DNA of 20,736 nucleotides from the NCBI GenBank assembly GCA_046726415.1, contig JBKPAK010000224.1, forward strand, positions 1-20,736, read 5' to 3'. The notes under the pieces were generated by a model that was not told the DNA's origin, ran no database searches, and was given only the letters and a program-made list of their open reading frames with translations. The translations under genes and the position numbers were made by a program. Each line of letters opens with the position of its first letter. Positions within the stretch are counted from its first letter, which is position 1. Below, one piece after another: positions 1 to 8,057 of the stretch. Source of the DNA: Candidatus Methylomirabilota bacterium. Lineage in GTDB: Bacteria; Methylomirabilota; Methylomirabilia; Rokubacteriales; CSP1-6.

Positions 1-1
1 C

Positions 2-622
<621 letters not shown>

Positions 623-730
623 GCGCGAGGTCGCTTCAAGGCGGTGGGGAGACACATTCCGCACTATTGAGGTGAGGTCCCACACTCCCAGCGTCGATCG
701 CGTGCGGCGTGCACGGATGTGCTGACGGGC

Positions 731-763
731 ACGGCCCGGGAACTCCCGGGCCGTATCCTTTTT
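731..763 (+). terminator. Intrinsic terminator after groEL
   Basis: Inverted repeat ACGGCCCGGG(731-740)/CCCGGGCCGT(745-754) followed by ATCCTTTTT. Confidence 0.8.
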
Positions 764-775
764 GAGGCGTTGATT

Positions 776-848
776 GCCTTGCCCGGACCGGACATGCTTG
801 GTAAGCTGAGGCGCTTCGAAATGTCCCGAGGCCCGAGGGGGTGAGCAT
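776..848 (+). promoter_or_regulatory. Probable S6:S18-binding rpsF leader RNA (r-leader) with Shine-Dalgarno
   Basis: GGACAT(790-795)/ATGTCC(821-826) stem, CCG(A) bulge at 826-829, outer CGGACC/GGCCCG pairing (one mismatch) and CCTT able to pair with the SD GAGGGGGTGA (835-844); matches the known layout of the S6S18 CCG leader. Confidence 0.55.
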
Positions 849-1211
849 ATTCTGCGGCCTTACGAGATTCTCCTGATCGTCGATCCACGTCCCACCGACG
901 AGGAGGTCACCGCGTTGCTCACGCAACTCGGAGAGACCCTCGCGGGGTTGGGTGCCGAAGTTACCAAAGTCGAGAACTGGGGGAAGCGCCGACTGGCCTA
1001 CGACACGAGAAAGCAGCGCGAGGGTACGTACGCGGTTTTCGAGGTGCGGGCCGAGCCGTCGATGGTGAAGGAGTTCGAGCGTCAGCTGCGGTTGAACGAC
1101 AACATCCTGCGCTTTCTCAGCACTCGGGTTCCGATCCGGAAGCGGGTACGGCCGGCCAAGACTCAAGAGTCCCCCGTGCCGGGGGACGCGGCGCTTGAGG
1201 AGGTCGGTTGA
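849..1211 (+). CDS. rpsF: 30S ribosomal protein S6
   Basis: S6 N-terminus (L)RPYEILLIVDP extends upstream of the ORF-track start at 915; WGKRRLAY and ILRFL motifs; start must be ATT 849 or CTG 852 because no in-frame ATG/GTG/TTG occurs between stop 807-809 and 915. Confidence 0.95.
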   Translation: MLRPYEILLIVDPRPTDEEVTALLTQLGETLAGLGAEVTKVENWGKRRLAYDTRKQREGTYAVFEVRAEPSMVKEFERQLRLNDNILRFLSTRVPIRKRVRPAKTQESPVPGDAALEEVG

Positions 1212-1621
1212 TGGCGAACCTGAACAAAGTACTCCTGATTGGCAACCTGACTCGTCCTCCCGAACTCCGCTACACGCCGAGCGGCACCGCCGTCGCAGAT
1301 CTGCGGATGGCGGTGAACCGCAACTACACGACGCAGGGCGGAGAGAAGCGGGAAGAGGCCTGCTTCCTCACCGTGGTCGTGTGGGGCAAGCAGGCGGAGA
1401 GCTGCGGTGAGTATCTCGACAAGGGCAGCCAGATCTTCGTGGAAGGCCGGCTGCAGACACGCGACTGGGAGGGCAAGGACGGCCAGAAGCGGACGGTTAC
1501 GGAGGTCGTCGCCGAGCGAGTTCAGTTCATGAGCCGAGCGAAAGGCGCGGCCGCGGTAGCCTCGTCGGCGCCGGCGCCGTTTGCCGAGGAAGCCACCGCG
1601 GACGACGACGTGCCCTTCTGA
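1211..1621 (+). CDS. ssb: Single-stranded DNA-binding protein
   Basis: [22 protein letters not shown], acidic DDDVPF tail; ATG overlaps the rpsF stop (TGATG). Confidence 0.98.
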   Translation: MANLNKVLLIGNLTRPPELRYTPSGTAVADLRMAVNRNYTTQGGEKREEACFLTVVVWGKQAESCGEYLDKGSQIFVEGRLQTRDWEGKDGQKRTVTEVVAERVQFMSRAKGAAAVASSAPAPFAEEATADDDVPF

Positions 1622-1650
1622 GCGGCGCGAATCGAGAGGAGGAGTCACCC

Positions 1651-1899
1651 ATTCCGACACCACAGAAGCCCATGAAGCGGCGCCGATTCGGGCGGCGCAA
1701 GGTCTGCAAGTTCTGCGTGGATCGCCTGAGCCTCGTCGACTACAAGGACGTGCGCCGTTTAAAGAACTTCGTGACTGAGCGGGGCAAGATTATCCCGCGG
1801 CGGATCTCCGGAAGCTGCGCTCGCCACCAGCGACAGCTCACCCATGCCATCAAGCGGGCGCGCACGGTGGCCATCGTGCCCTACGTGACGACCGAGTAG
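1651..1899 (+). CDS. rpsR: 30S ribosomal protein S18 (Zn-ligand C+ type); start at ATT 1651 or ATG 1672
   Basis: [46 protein letters not shown] at 1637-1642 lies 8 nt before in-frame ATT 1651. Confidence 0.97.
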   Translation: MPTPQKPMKRRRFGRRKVCKFCVDRLSLVDYKDVRRLKNFVTERGKIIPRRISGSCARHQRQLTHAIKRARTVAIVPYVTTE

Positions 1900-1901
1900 C
1901 G

Positions 1902-2348
1902 ATGAAGGTGATTCTGCTGGACGATGTCTCGACGGTGGGGCGACGCGGTGAAGTGCGCGACGTATCCGACGGCTACGCGCGCAACTTCCTCCTTCCCAAG
2001 AAACTGGCGATGCCTGCCACCTCCGGGAACCTCAAGAACCTCGACCACATCAGAAGGCAACAGGATGCGAAGGCCGACCGCATCCGCAGCCAGGCGGAGG
2101 GCCTGCGCGCGCGCATCGAGGCGCTGCTCTGCGAGGAGCGGCGGCAGGCCTCCGAGGAAGGCAAGCTGTTCGGCTCGGTGACGGCGCAAGACCTCGTGGA
2201 CTGCCTGGAGGGCAGGGGGGTGAAAGTCGAGCGACGACGTGTCCTGCTCGAGGAGCCCATCAAGGCACTCGGGGAGACCACGGTGCCCATTCGCCTCCAC
2301 CCTGAGGTGACGGCCCAGCTTCGCGTGAACGTGCTTCGGGAGTCCTAG
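1902..2348 (+). CDS. rplI: 50S ribosomal protein L9
   Basis: MKVILLDDV, GYARNFLLPKKLA, GKLFGSVT, PIKALG; canonical position after rpsR. Confidence 0.98.
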   Translation: MKVILLDDVSTVGRRGEVRDVSDGYARNFLLPKKLAMPATSGNLKNLDHIRRQQDAKADRIRSQAEGLRARIEALLCEERRQASEEGKLFGSVTAQDLVDCLEGRGVKVERRRVLLEEPIKALGETTVPIRLHPEVTAQLRVNVLRES

Positions 2349-2375
2349 GCCCCTCGTCCCCTCGCCATCACCACG

Positions 2376-4841
2376 GTGGAGCTCCCGTCCAGAATCCCGC
2401 CCCACAATCTGGACGCCGAGCGCGCCGTGCTGGGCGCCGTGCTTCTAGAGGGCCGCGAGGCGCTGCCGCGGGTGGTGGAGGTCCTCAGCCCGAGCGATTT
2501 CTACACCGAGGCCGATCGCGCGGTCTACGCCACCATGCTCCGGCTGTTCGAGCGCGGTGAGCCGGTCGACCTGATCACCCTCACCGAGGAGTTGCGCCGG
2601 GAAGACCAGCTCCAGTTCGTGGGCGGACCGGCCGCCCTCGCCCTGCTCGTCGAGCAGGCCTCCATCGCCGCTCACCTCATGTCCTACACGAGCATCGTGC
2701 GGGACATGGCCATCCTGCGCGAGCTGATCCAGACGTCCACCCAGATCATCACCCAGGCCTTCGACGCCAAGGAGGACGTGAAGACTCTGGTCGACGAAGC
2801 GGAGCGCCGCATCTTCGGGTTGGCCGAGCGGAGGATGGAGGGGAGCGCGGTGCCAGTGTCCCGCATCCTCAAGAGCACCTTCGAATACATCGAGCGACTC
2901 TACGAGCGCCAGGAGCACATCACTGGTCTCGCGACGGGCTTCGAGAAGCTCGATCAGGCCACCGCGGGTCTCCAGGCCTCCGATTTCATCATCATCGCGG
3001 GCCGCCCGAGCATGGGCAAGGCGCAGCCGCTCGACGCTCGGATAAAGACCAAGACGGGTTGGAAGCAGATGGGCGAGCTGCGGTTCGGTGACGAGCTGGC
3101 CTCCGTGGACGGACGGCCCTCGCGCGTGAGCGGCATTTTCCCCCAGGGGCTCCGGGAGGTGTACCGCGTGAGGTTCTCCGACGGGCGATCGACGGAGTGT
3201 TGCGCCGAGCACCTGTGGCGCGTCCACTGCCGCGCATGGCGGGAACCGCGCCTGCTCACGACCGAGGAGGTCGCGCGCCACCTCGGGTGGATGCGCTCCC
3301 GGCACCGTCTCTGGATCGACGTGCCAACGGGTGACTATGGCCACTCCGCGCCGCTTCCGCTGGATCCCTGGCTCCTCGGGGCCCTGCTTGGCCAGGGCAA
3401 ACTGTCGGGCAGCAGCGCAATGTGCTTCGCCGCTGACGCAGACATCGCGGTCCGCGTCGGGGAACGCAGCGGAGAGGGGGTCGCCCGGCGGGCCGCCGGT
3501 GGGGGCGATCATCGGCTCGCCTCGGGCGGCGGCGTCCCCGGCCCCGCCGCGTGCTGCGGCTCGCACCGCGGGCGTCTCGTCTGGTCGGCCGGGGCCCCGA
3601 GCCGCGGCGGGTCTGGCGTGCCTGCCAACCCGATCAGATCGGCGCTGCGCGCTCTGGGGCTCGGGTCCATTCGAGCCGAGCAGATGTTCATTCCCCAGAT
3701 GTACCTGGAGGCTTCGCGCGAGGCGCGCCTCGAGCTCCTCCGCGGCCTCCTGACCGCCGACGGCTGGGTCGAGCGCTGGGGCAGCGCGCGCTTTTGCTCC
3801 ACGAGCGAGCGTCTCGCTCACGGCGTGGCCGACCTCGTGCGCTCTCTGGGCGGCTGGTGCTCCGTGCGCCGTCGGGGCCCCGCGTTCCGCGGCGCAGCGG
3901 GCGTCGAGGAGACCCGGCGCGCGGCGTTCGTCTGCCACCTGCACCACGGGGTGCCCAAGGCGATCGCCACGCCGGGGTCGAGGCGCGGTGGCGCTCGCGA
4001 GGTACCGCACGGCCGGCGGCGCCTGGCCTTTATCTCGATCGAGCCGACGCGCGTGACCGAGACCCAGTGCGTCGCCGTGACGCATCCCTCGCGGCTGTAC
4101 CTCACCGACGACTATGTGGTTACGCATAACACGGCATTCGCCCTCAACATTGCCCAGCACGCGGGGGTCGCGCGTCACGGGAAGGTCCTCGTGCTCAGTC
4201 TCGAGATGTCCGCGGGGGCGCTCGTGCAGCGCCTGCTGTGCGCCGAGGCCAAGGTCGATTCGCAGGCGGTCCGGACGGGCCGCCTCAGCTCCGCGGACTG
4301 GCACCGCCTGACGGCCGCGGCCGGCCGCCTGGCCGAGGCCCCGATCTTCATCGATGACAGCGGGGCGTTGACCGTGCTCGAGGCCCGCGCGAAGGCGCGC
4401 CGGATGAAAGCCGAGCATGGCCTGGACCTCGTGATCATCGACTATCTTCAGCTCATGCGGGGCCGGTCCGGAATCGAAAACCGCCAACAGGAGATCTCCG
4501 AGATCTCCCGCTCGCTCAAGGCCCTCGCCAAGGAGCTCAACGTGCCGGTGGTGGCCCTATCGCAGCTGTCGCGGGCGGTGGAGAGCCGATCGCAGCGGGA
4601 CTACCGACCACAGCTCTCGGACCTCCGCGAGTCTGGTGCCCTCGAGCAGGACGCCGACGTGATCCTGTTCCTCTACCGCCCACGGGTGTACAAGGACGAC
4701 CTGCCACCGGACGAAGAGAACGTCGCCGAGGTGATCATCGGCAAGCAGCGCAACGGGCCCATCGAGACGGTCAAGCTCGTCTTCCTGCCTCAGTTCGCCC
4801 GCTTCGAGAATATCGCCGACCAGTATCGCCGCCCGCTGTAG
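2376..4841 (+). CDS. dnaB: Replicative DNA helicase DnaB, intein-containing precursor (821 aa; 451 aa after splicing)
   Basis: PPHNLDAERAVLG, Walker A GRPSMGK|T split by insertion, SLEMS, IIDYLQLM, LSQLSR, DLRESGALEQDAD, KQRNGP. Confidence 0.98.
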   Translation: MELPSRIPPHNLDAERAVLGAVLLEGREALPRVVEVLSPSDFYTEADRAVYATMLRLFERGEPVDLITLTEELRREDQLQFVGGPAALALLVEQASIAAHLMSYTSIVRDMAILRELIQTSTQIITQAFDAKEDVKTLVDEAERRIFGLAERRMEGSAVPVSRILKSTFEYIERLYERQEHITGLATGFEKLDQATAGLQASDFIIIAGRPSMGKAQPLDARIKTKTGWKQMGELRFGDELASVDGRPSRVSGIFPQGLREVYRVRFSDGRSTECCAEHLWRVHCRAWREPRLLTTEEVARHLGWMRSRHRLWIDVPTGDYGHSAPLPLDPWLLGALLGQGKLSGSSAMCFAADADIAVRVGERSGEGVARRAAGGGDHRLASGGGVPGPAACCGSHRGRLVWSAGAPSRGGSGVPANPIRSALRALGLGSIRAEQMFIPQMYLEASREARLELLRGLLTADGWVERWGSARFCSTSERLAHGVADLVRSLGGWCSVRRRGPAFRGAAGVEETRRAAFVCHLHHGVPKAIATPGSRRGGAREVPHGRRRLAFISIEPTRVTETQCVAVTHPSRLYLTDDYVVTHNTAFALNIAQHAGVARHGKVLVLSLEMSAGALVQRLLCAEAKVDSQAVRTGRLSSADWHRLTAAAGRLAEAPIFIDDSGALTVLEARAKARRMKAEHGLDLVIIDYLQLMRGRSGIENRQQEISEISRSLKALAKELNVPVVALSQLSRAVESRSQRDYRPQLSDLRESGALEQDADVILFLYRPRVYKDDLPPDEENVAEVIIGKQRNGPIETVKLVFLPQFARFENIADQYRRPL
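3021..4130 (+). mobile_element. Class 3 (Ala1, WCT) intein with LAGLIDADG homing-endonuclease domain, 370 aa, in DnaB P-loop
   Basis: Starts AQPLDARIKT after GK; block B CCAEHLW; LAGLIDADG-like WLLGALLGQG and LLRGLLTADG; block H SERLAHGVADLVRSLG; block F TQCVAV; ends VVTHN before extein Thr. Confidence 0.95.
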
Positions 4842-4873
4842 ACCTCGGGGCCCTCGCGGTCGGTCCGACAATC

Positions 4874-4897
4874 TCCCCGGCGTCGCTTCGCCGGGGA
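4874..4897. other. Hairpin between dnaB and the APC permease gene
   Basis: TCCCCGGCG(4874-4882)/CGCCGGGGA(4889-4897) perfect 9-bp stem; no U-tract. Confidence 0.5.
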
Positions 4898-4924
4898 CTC
4901 CCGCGAAGCGTATGATTGGCTTCC

Positions 4925-6751
4925 GTGCCCTTGCCACGGTCACGGCTGAAGCGCCTCTTCGTCGGCACGCCTCTTCCCACCGCGCAGTCGCGTCATGAGC
5001 GCCTCGATAAGCGCACGGCCCTGGCGGTGTTTGCCTCCGACGCGCTCTCGTCCGTAGCCTACGCCACCGAAGAGATCCTCCTGGTCCTGATCCTCGCCGG
5101 GGCGAGCGCCCTCAGCCATTCCCTGCCCATCGGGCTGGCCATCTGCGTCCTCATCTCCATCGTGGTCAGCTCCTATCGCCAGACCATCCGCGCCTACCCC
5201 AAAGGCGGAGGCGCCTACCTCGTCAGCAAGGACAACCTCGGCACACTGCCCGGCCTGGTGGCCGGCGCGGCCCTCATGACCGACTACGTCCTCACCGTGG
5301 CGGTGAGCGTGGCCGCCGGGGTGGCCGCGGTCACCTCGGCCGTGCCCGGGCTCTTTCCCTTCCGGGTCCTCCTCTGCGTGGCCGCGGTGGTGATGATCTC
5401 GGTGGCAAATCTTCGCGGGATCCGCGAGTCGGGCAAGCTCTTCGCGGCGCCCACCTACCTCTTCGTGGCCAGCCTCGGGGCCATGGTCATCTACGGTGCC
5501 CTCGGCGCGGCCTTCGACTTCATTCCCGAAGCGCCGTACCAGCCTCATCGCCCCGGCTTCGAAGGAGTCGGGTTGTTTCTCATCCTCCGCGCGTTCTCGT
5601 CAGGCTGTGCCGCCCTGACCGGAGTCGAGGCGGTGTCGGACGGCGTGACGGCGTTCAAACCACCCGAGGCGCAAAACGCCCGCGTGGTGCTGACGTGGCT
5701 CGGGATCATCCTCATCTTCCTGTTCATGGGCATCACGCTGCTGGCCTACGACTTCGGCATCAAGCCCATGGAGGATCAAACCGTGATCTCGCAGCTGGGC
5801 CGACATGTGTTCGGCGCCGGAGCGATCTACTACGGGATTCAGGCGGTGACCATGCTGATCCTGCTGCTCGCCGCCAACACCGCCTTCGCCGACTTCCCGC
5901 GGCTCTGTTTCTTCCTGGCCCGAGACCGCTTCATCCCGCGTCAGTTCGGGACGCAGGGCGACCGCCTCGTCTTCTCGAACGGCATCCTCATCCTGAGCGG
6001 CCTCGCCATCCTCCTCCTCGTGCTCTTCCGCGGTGACACGCATGCGCTGATCCCCCTCTACGCGGTGGGGGTGTTCCTGTCCTTCACCCTCTCGCAGGGA
6101 GGCATGGTGCGCCGGTGGCTTCGGCGGAAGGAAGAGGGGTGGCGGTGGCGGATGTGGTTCAACGGCGTGGGCGCCCTGGTGACCGGCATCGTGATGCTGA
6201 CCATCGCCGTCACCAAGTTCGCCCTGGGGGCATGGATCGTGGTGATCCTCTTGCCCACCTTGGTCGCCGTCTTCCTGCTCATCCACCGCCACTACGAAGA
6301 GGTCGCTCGGCAGCTCTCCACGGAGGCCATGGAGACCCCGCCCCCGCTCACCAACACGGTCCTCGTGCTGGTTGGCGACCTTCACCGCGGCGTGGTGCGC
6401 GCCCTCCAGTATGCGCAGTCGCTATCGCCGAACGCGAAGGCGGTCTTCATCGAGGTCGATCCCGAGCGGACTCGGCGGCTGGAGGAGAAGTGGGGCAAGT
6501 GGGGAATGGGGGTGCCTCTCATCGTGCTGACCTCACCGTACCGCTCGCTGCTGGGGCCTTTGCGCGAATATATCGATCACCTCCAGGGGCACGACGACAA
6601 TCACATGATCACGATCATTCTCCCGGAGTTCGTGCCTCGAGTGTGGTGGCATCACTTGCTGCACAATCAGACGGCGCTGCTCGTCAAGGGGGCCATGCTC
6701 TTCCGCAAGAACGTGATCGTCGCCGACGTCCCCTATCATCTAAAACACTGA
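4925..6751 (+). CDS. APC-superfamily transporter, KimA/YdaO-like (probable K+/H+ symporter or amino-acid permease); start GTG 4925 or TTG 4916
   Basis: RLKRLFVG..L...HERL, FASDALSSVAY, YPKGGGAYLV, DYVLTVAVSV, LTGVEAVSDG, about 12 TM segments plus C-terminal soluble domain with WWHHLLHNQ. Confidence 0.85.
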   Translation: MPLPRSRLKRLFVGTPLPTAQSRHERLDKRTALAVFASDALSSVAYATEEILLVLILAGASALSHSLPIGLAICVLISIVVSSYRQTIRAYPKGGGAYLVSKDNLGTLPGLVAGAALMTDYVLTVAVSVAAGVAAVTSAVPGLFPFRVLLCVAAVVMISVANLRGIRESGKLFAAPTYLFVASLGAMVIYGALGAAFDFIPEAPYQPHRPGFEGVGLFLILRAFSSGCAALTGVEAVSDGVTAFKPPEAQNARVVLTWLGIILIFLFMGITLLAYDFGIKPMEDQTVISQLGRHVFGAGAIYYGIQAVTMLILLLAANTAFADFPRLCFFLARDRFIPRQFGTQGDRLVFSNGILILSGLAILLLVLFRGDTHALIPLYAVGVFLSFTLSQGGMVRRWLRRKEEGWRWRMWFNGVGALVTGIVMLTIAVTKFALGAWIVVILLPTLVAVFLLIHRHYEEVARQLSTEAMETPPPLTNTVLVLVGDLHRGVVRALQYAQSLSPNAKAVFIEVDPERTRRLEEKWGKWGMGVPLIVLTSPYRSLLGPLREYIDHLQGHDDNHMITIILPEFVPRVWWHHLLHNQTALLVKGAMLFRKNVIVADVPYHLKH

Positions 6752-6786
6752 GCGGCGGGCGCTCGGGCGAGCTGGTGCATCGACTC

Positions 6787-6802
6787 TGGTACACTTCAGG
6801 AG
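6787..6802 (+). promoter_or_regulatory. Putative extended -10 promoter element and SD for the alkA-like gene
   Basis: TGgTACACT (6787-6795) then AGGAG (6798-6802), 8 nt before ATG 6811. Confidence 0.45.
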
Positions 6803-6810
6803 CTCGCCGC

Positions 6811-7731
6811 ATGAAGATCGCGCTCTTCCCCGAGGGTCCGCTCGATGTACCCGCCACCCTGGCGCGCTATCGGTTGTGGGGGGAGGATCCCGCCAATCGG
6901 CTGGTCGGGAACACCTTCCTCCGCGTGCGCCGGTACGAGGGCCGTCTGTGGCCGTTCGCCGTCCGCTGGACGGGCTCCGTCGACACGCCGCGTCTGGAGG
7001 TGGAGATCCCGGGCCCCGGTGCCGTCCGCGTGGCCGACGCGGTGATCGCTGAGGTCCGGCGCCTCTTCGGGCTCGACTTCGATCTGCCGGGCTTCTATCG
7101 AGTGGCCAAGGCCGATCCGGCACTCGGATCCCTGATCGAGCCCCTGTACGGACTGCGGCCCACCGTGACCCCGGGCGGTCTCGAGATGTTGGTGGCGGCC
7201 ATCACGGCGCAGCAGGTGAATCTCGCCTTCGCGTTCGCGCTCCGCGCGCGCCTCGTGCGGCGCTACGGCGAGCCGGCGTCCATCGCCGGCGAGACGGTCT
7301 ACGCTTTCCCTGGCGCGGAGGCGCTGGCCCGCGGTCGCGTGGCCGCGTTGCGCGCCATGCAGTTCTCCACGCGCAAGGCCGAGTACATCCGGGATCTCGC
7401 CCGCGCCGTGGCCGTCGGCCATCTGGATCTCGACGGCCTCGGCGAGAGCTCGACCAGCGCGGTGATCGAGCGGCTCACCGCACAGCGCGGCCTGGGCCGG
7501 TGGACCGCGGACTGGTTTCTCGCGCGCTGCCTGGGGCGGGGCGACGTGTGCCCGGCCGGTGACCTCGCCGTGCGCAAGGCGTTTGCCCAGTACTATGGAC
7601 GGGGACGCGCGCTCCGCGAGTCGGCGATCCGTCGCCGGGCGCGCGCATGGGGTGCTCATCAGACGGTTGCGGTGCACTACCTGCTGGCCGGGCTGCGGCT
7701 CGGGCGACCGCAGGTCGGCGGAGGGACATGA
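6811..7731 (+). CDS. DNA-3-methyladenine glycosylase II (AlkA family, HhH-GPD)
   Basis: AITAQQVN, YAFP, RKAEYI, HhH RGLGRWTA, PAGDLAVR; true start ATG 6811 with SD, not 6115. Confidence 0.88.
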   Translation: MKIALFPEGPLDVPATLARYRLWGEDPANRLVGNTFLRVRRYEGRLWPFAVRWTGSVDTPRLEVEIPGPGAVRVADAVIAEVRRLFGLDFDLPGFYRVAKADPALGSLIEPLYGLRPTVTPGGLEMLVAAITAQQVNLAFAFALRARLVRRYGEPASIAGETVYAFPGAEALARGRVAALRAMQFSTRKAEYIRDLARAVAVGHLDLDGLGESSTSAVIERLTAQRGLGRWTADWFLARCLGRGDVCPAGDLAVRKAFAQYYGRGRALRESAIRRRARAWGAHQTVAVHYLLAGLRLGRPQVGGGT

Positions 7732-8054
7732 ACACAAAACGGCCGCTCCCGCTCCTCGGCCAACCTGATCCCTCTGTGCCGAAGGACGTCCACTTGGTCG
7801 GGCGGTACGCGGTCGGCGTGACGTGGGGCGATGGTCACGGAAGCATCTTCCCCTTCGATCGGCTGCGTCGCGCGTGCCCCTGCGGGAGCTGCGCGGCCGT
7901 CGAGGCGGCGGCGATAGAGCGCGCATGGCCGCAGGAGATCACACGCACGCCGGCTGGGCTCCGCGTGCGGTGGACGGACGCCCACGAGAGTCTCTGGCCC
8001 TATGCCGATCTGCGCGGCCTCTGCCAATGTGCGGGTTGCACGGGCGGCCACTGA
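7728..8054 (+). CDS. DUF971/GBBH-N-like small metal-binding protein with two CxCxxC repeats
   Basis: VGRYAVGVTWGDGH..F..LRRACPCGSC and LRVRWTDAHES....LRGLCQCAGC; ATGA overlap with upstream stop and GGAGGG SD. Confidence 0.8.
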   Translation: MNTKRPLPLLGQPDPSVPKDVHLVGRYAVGVTWGDGHGSIFPFDRLRRACPCGSCAAVEAAAIERAWPQEITRTPAGLRVRWTDAHESLWPYADLRGLCQCAGCTGGH

Positions 8055-8057
8055 GCC

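Noticed and set aside
6115-6810. 538-aa ORF as an N-terminally extended AlkA fusion
   Set aside because: The extension overlaps the permease out of frame and is low-complexity Arg/Gly; an SD and ATG lie at 6798-6813.
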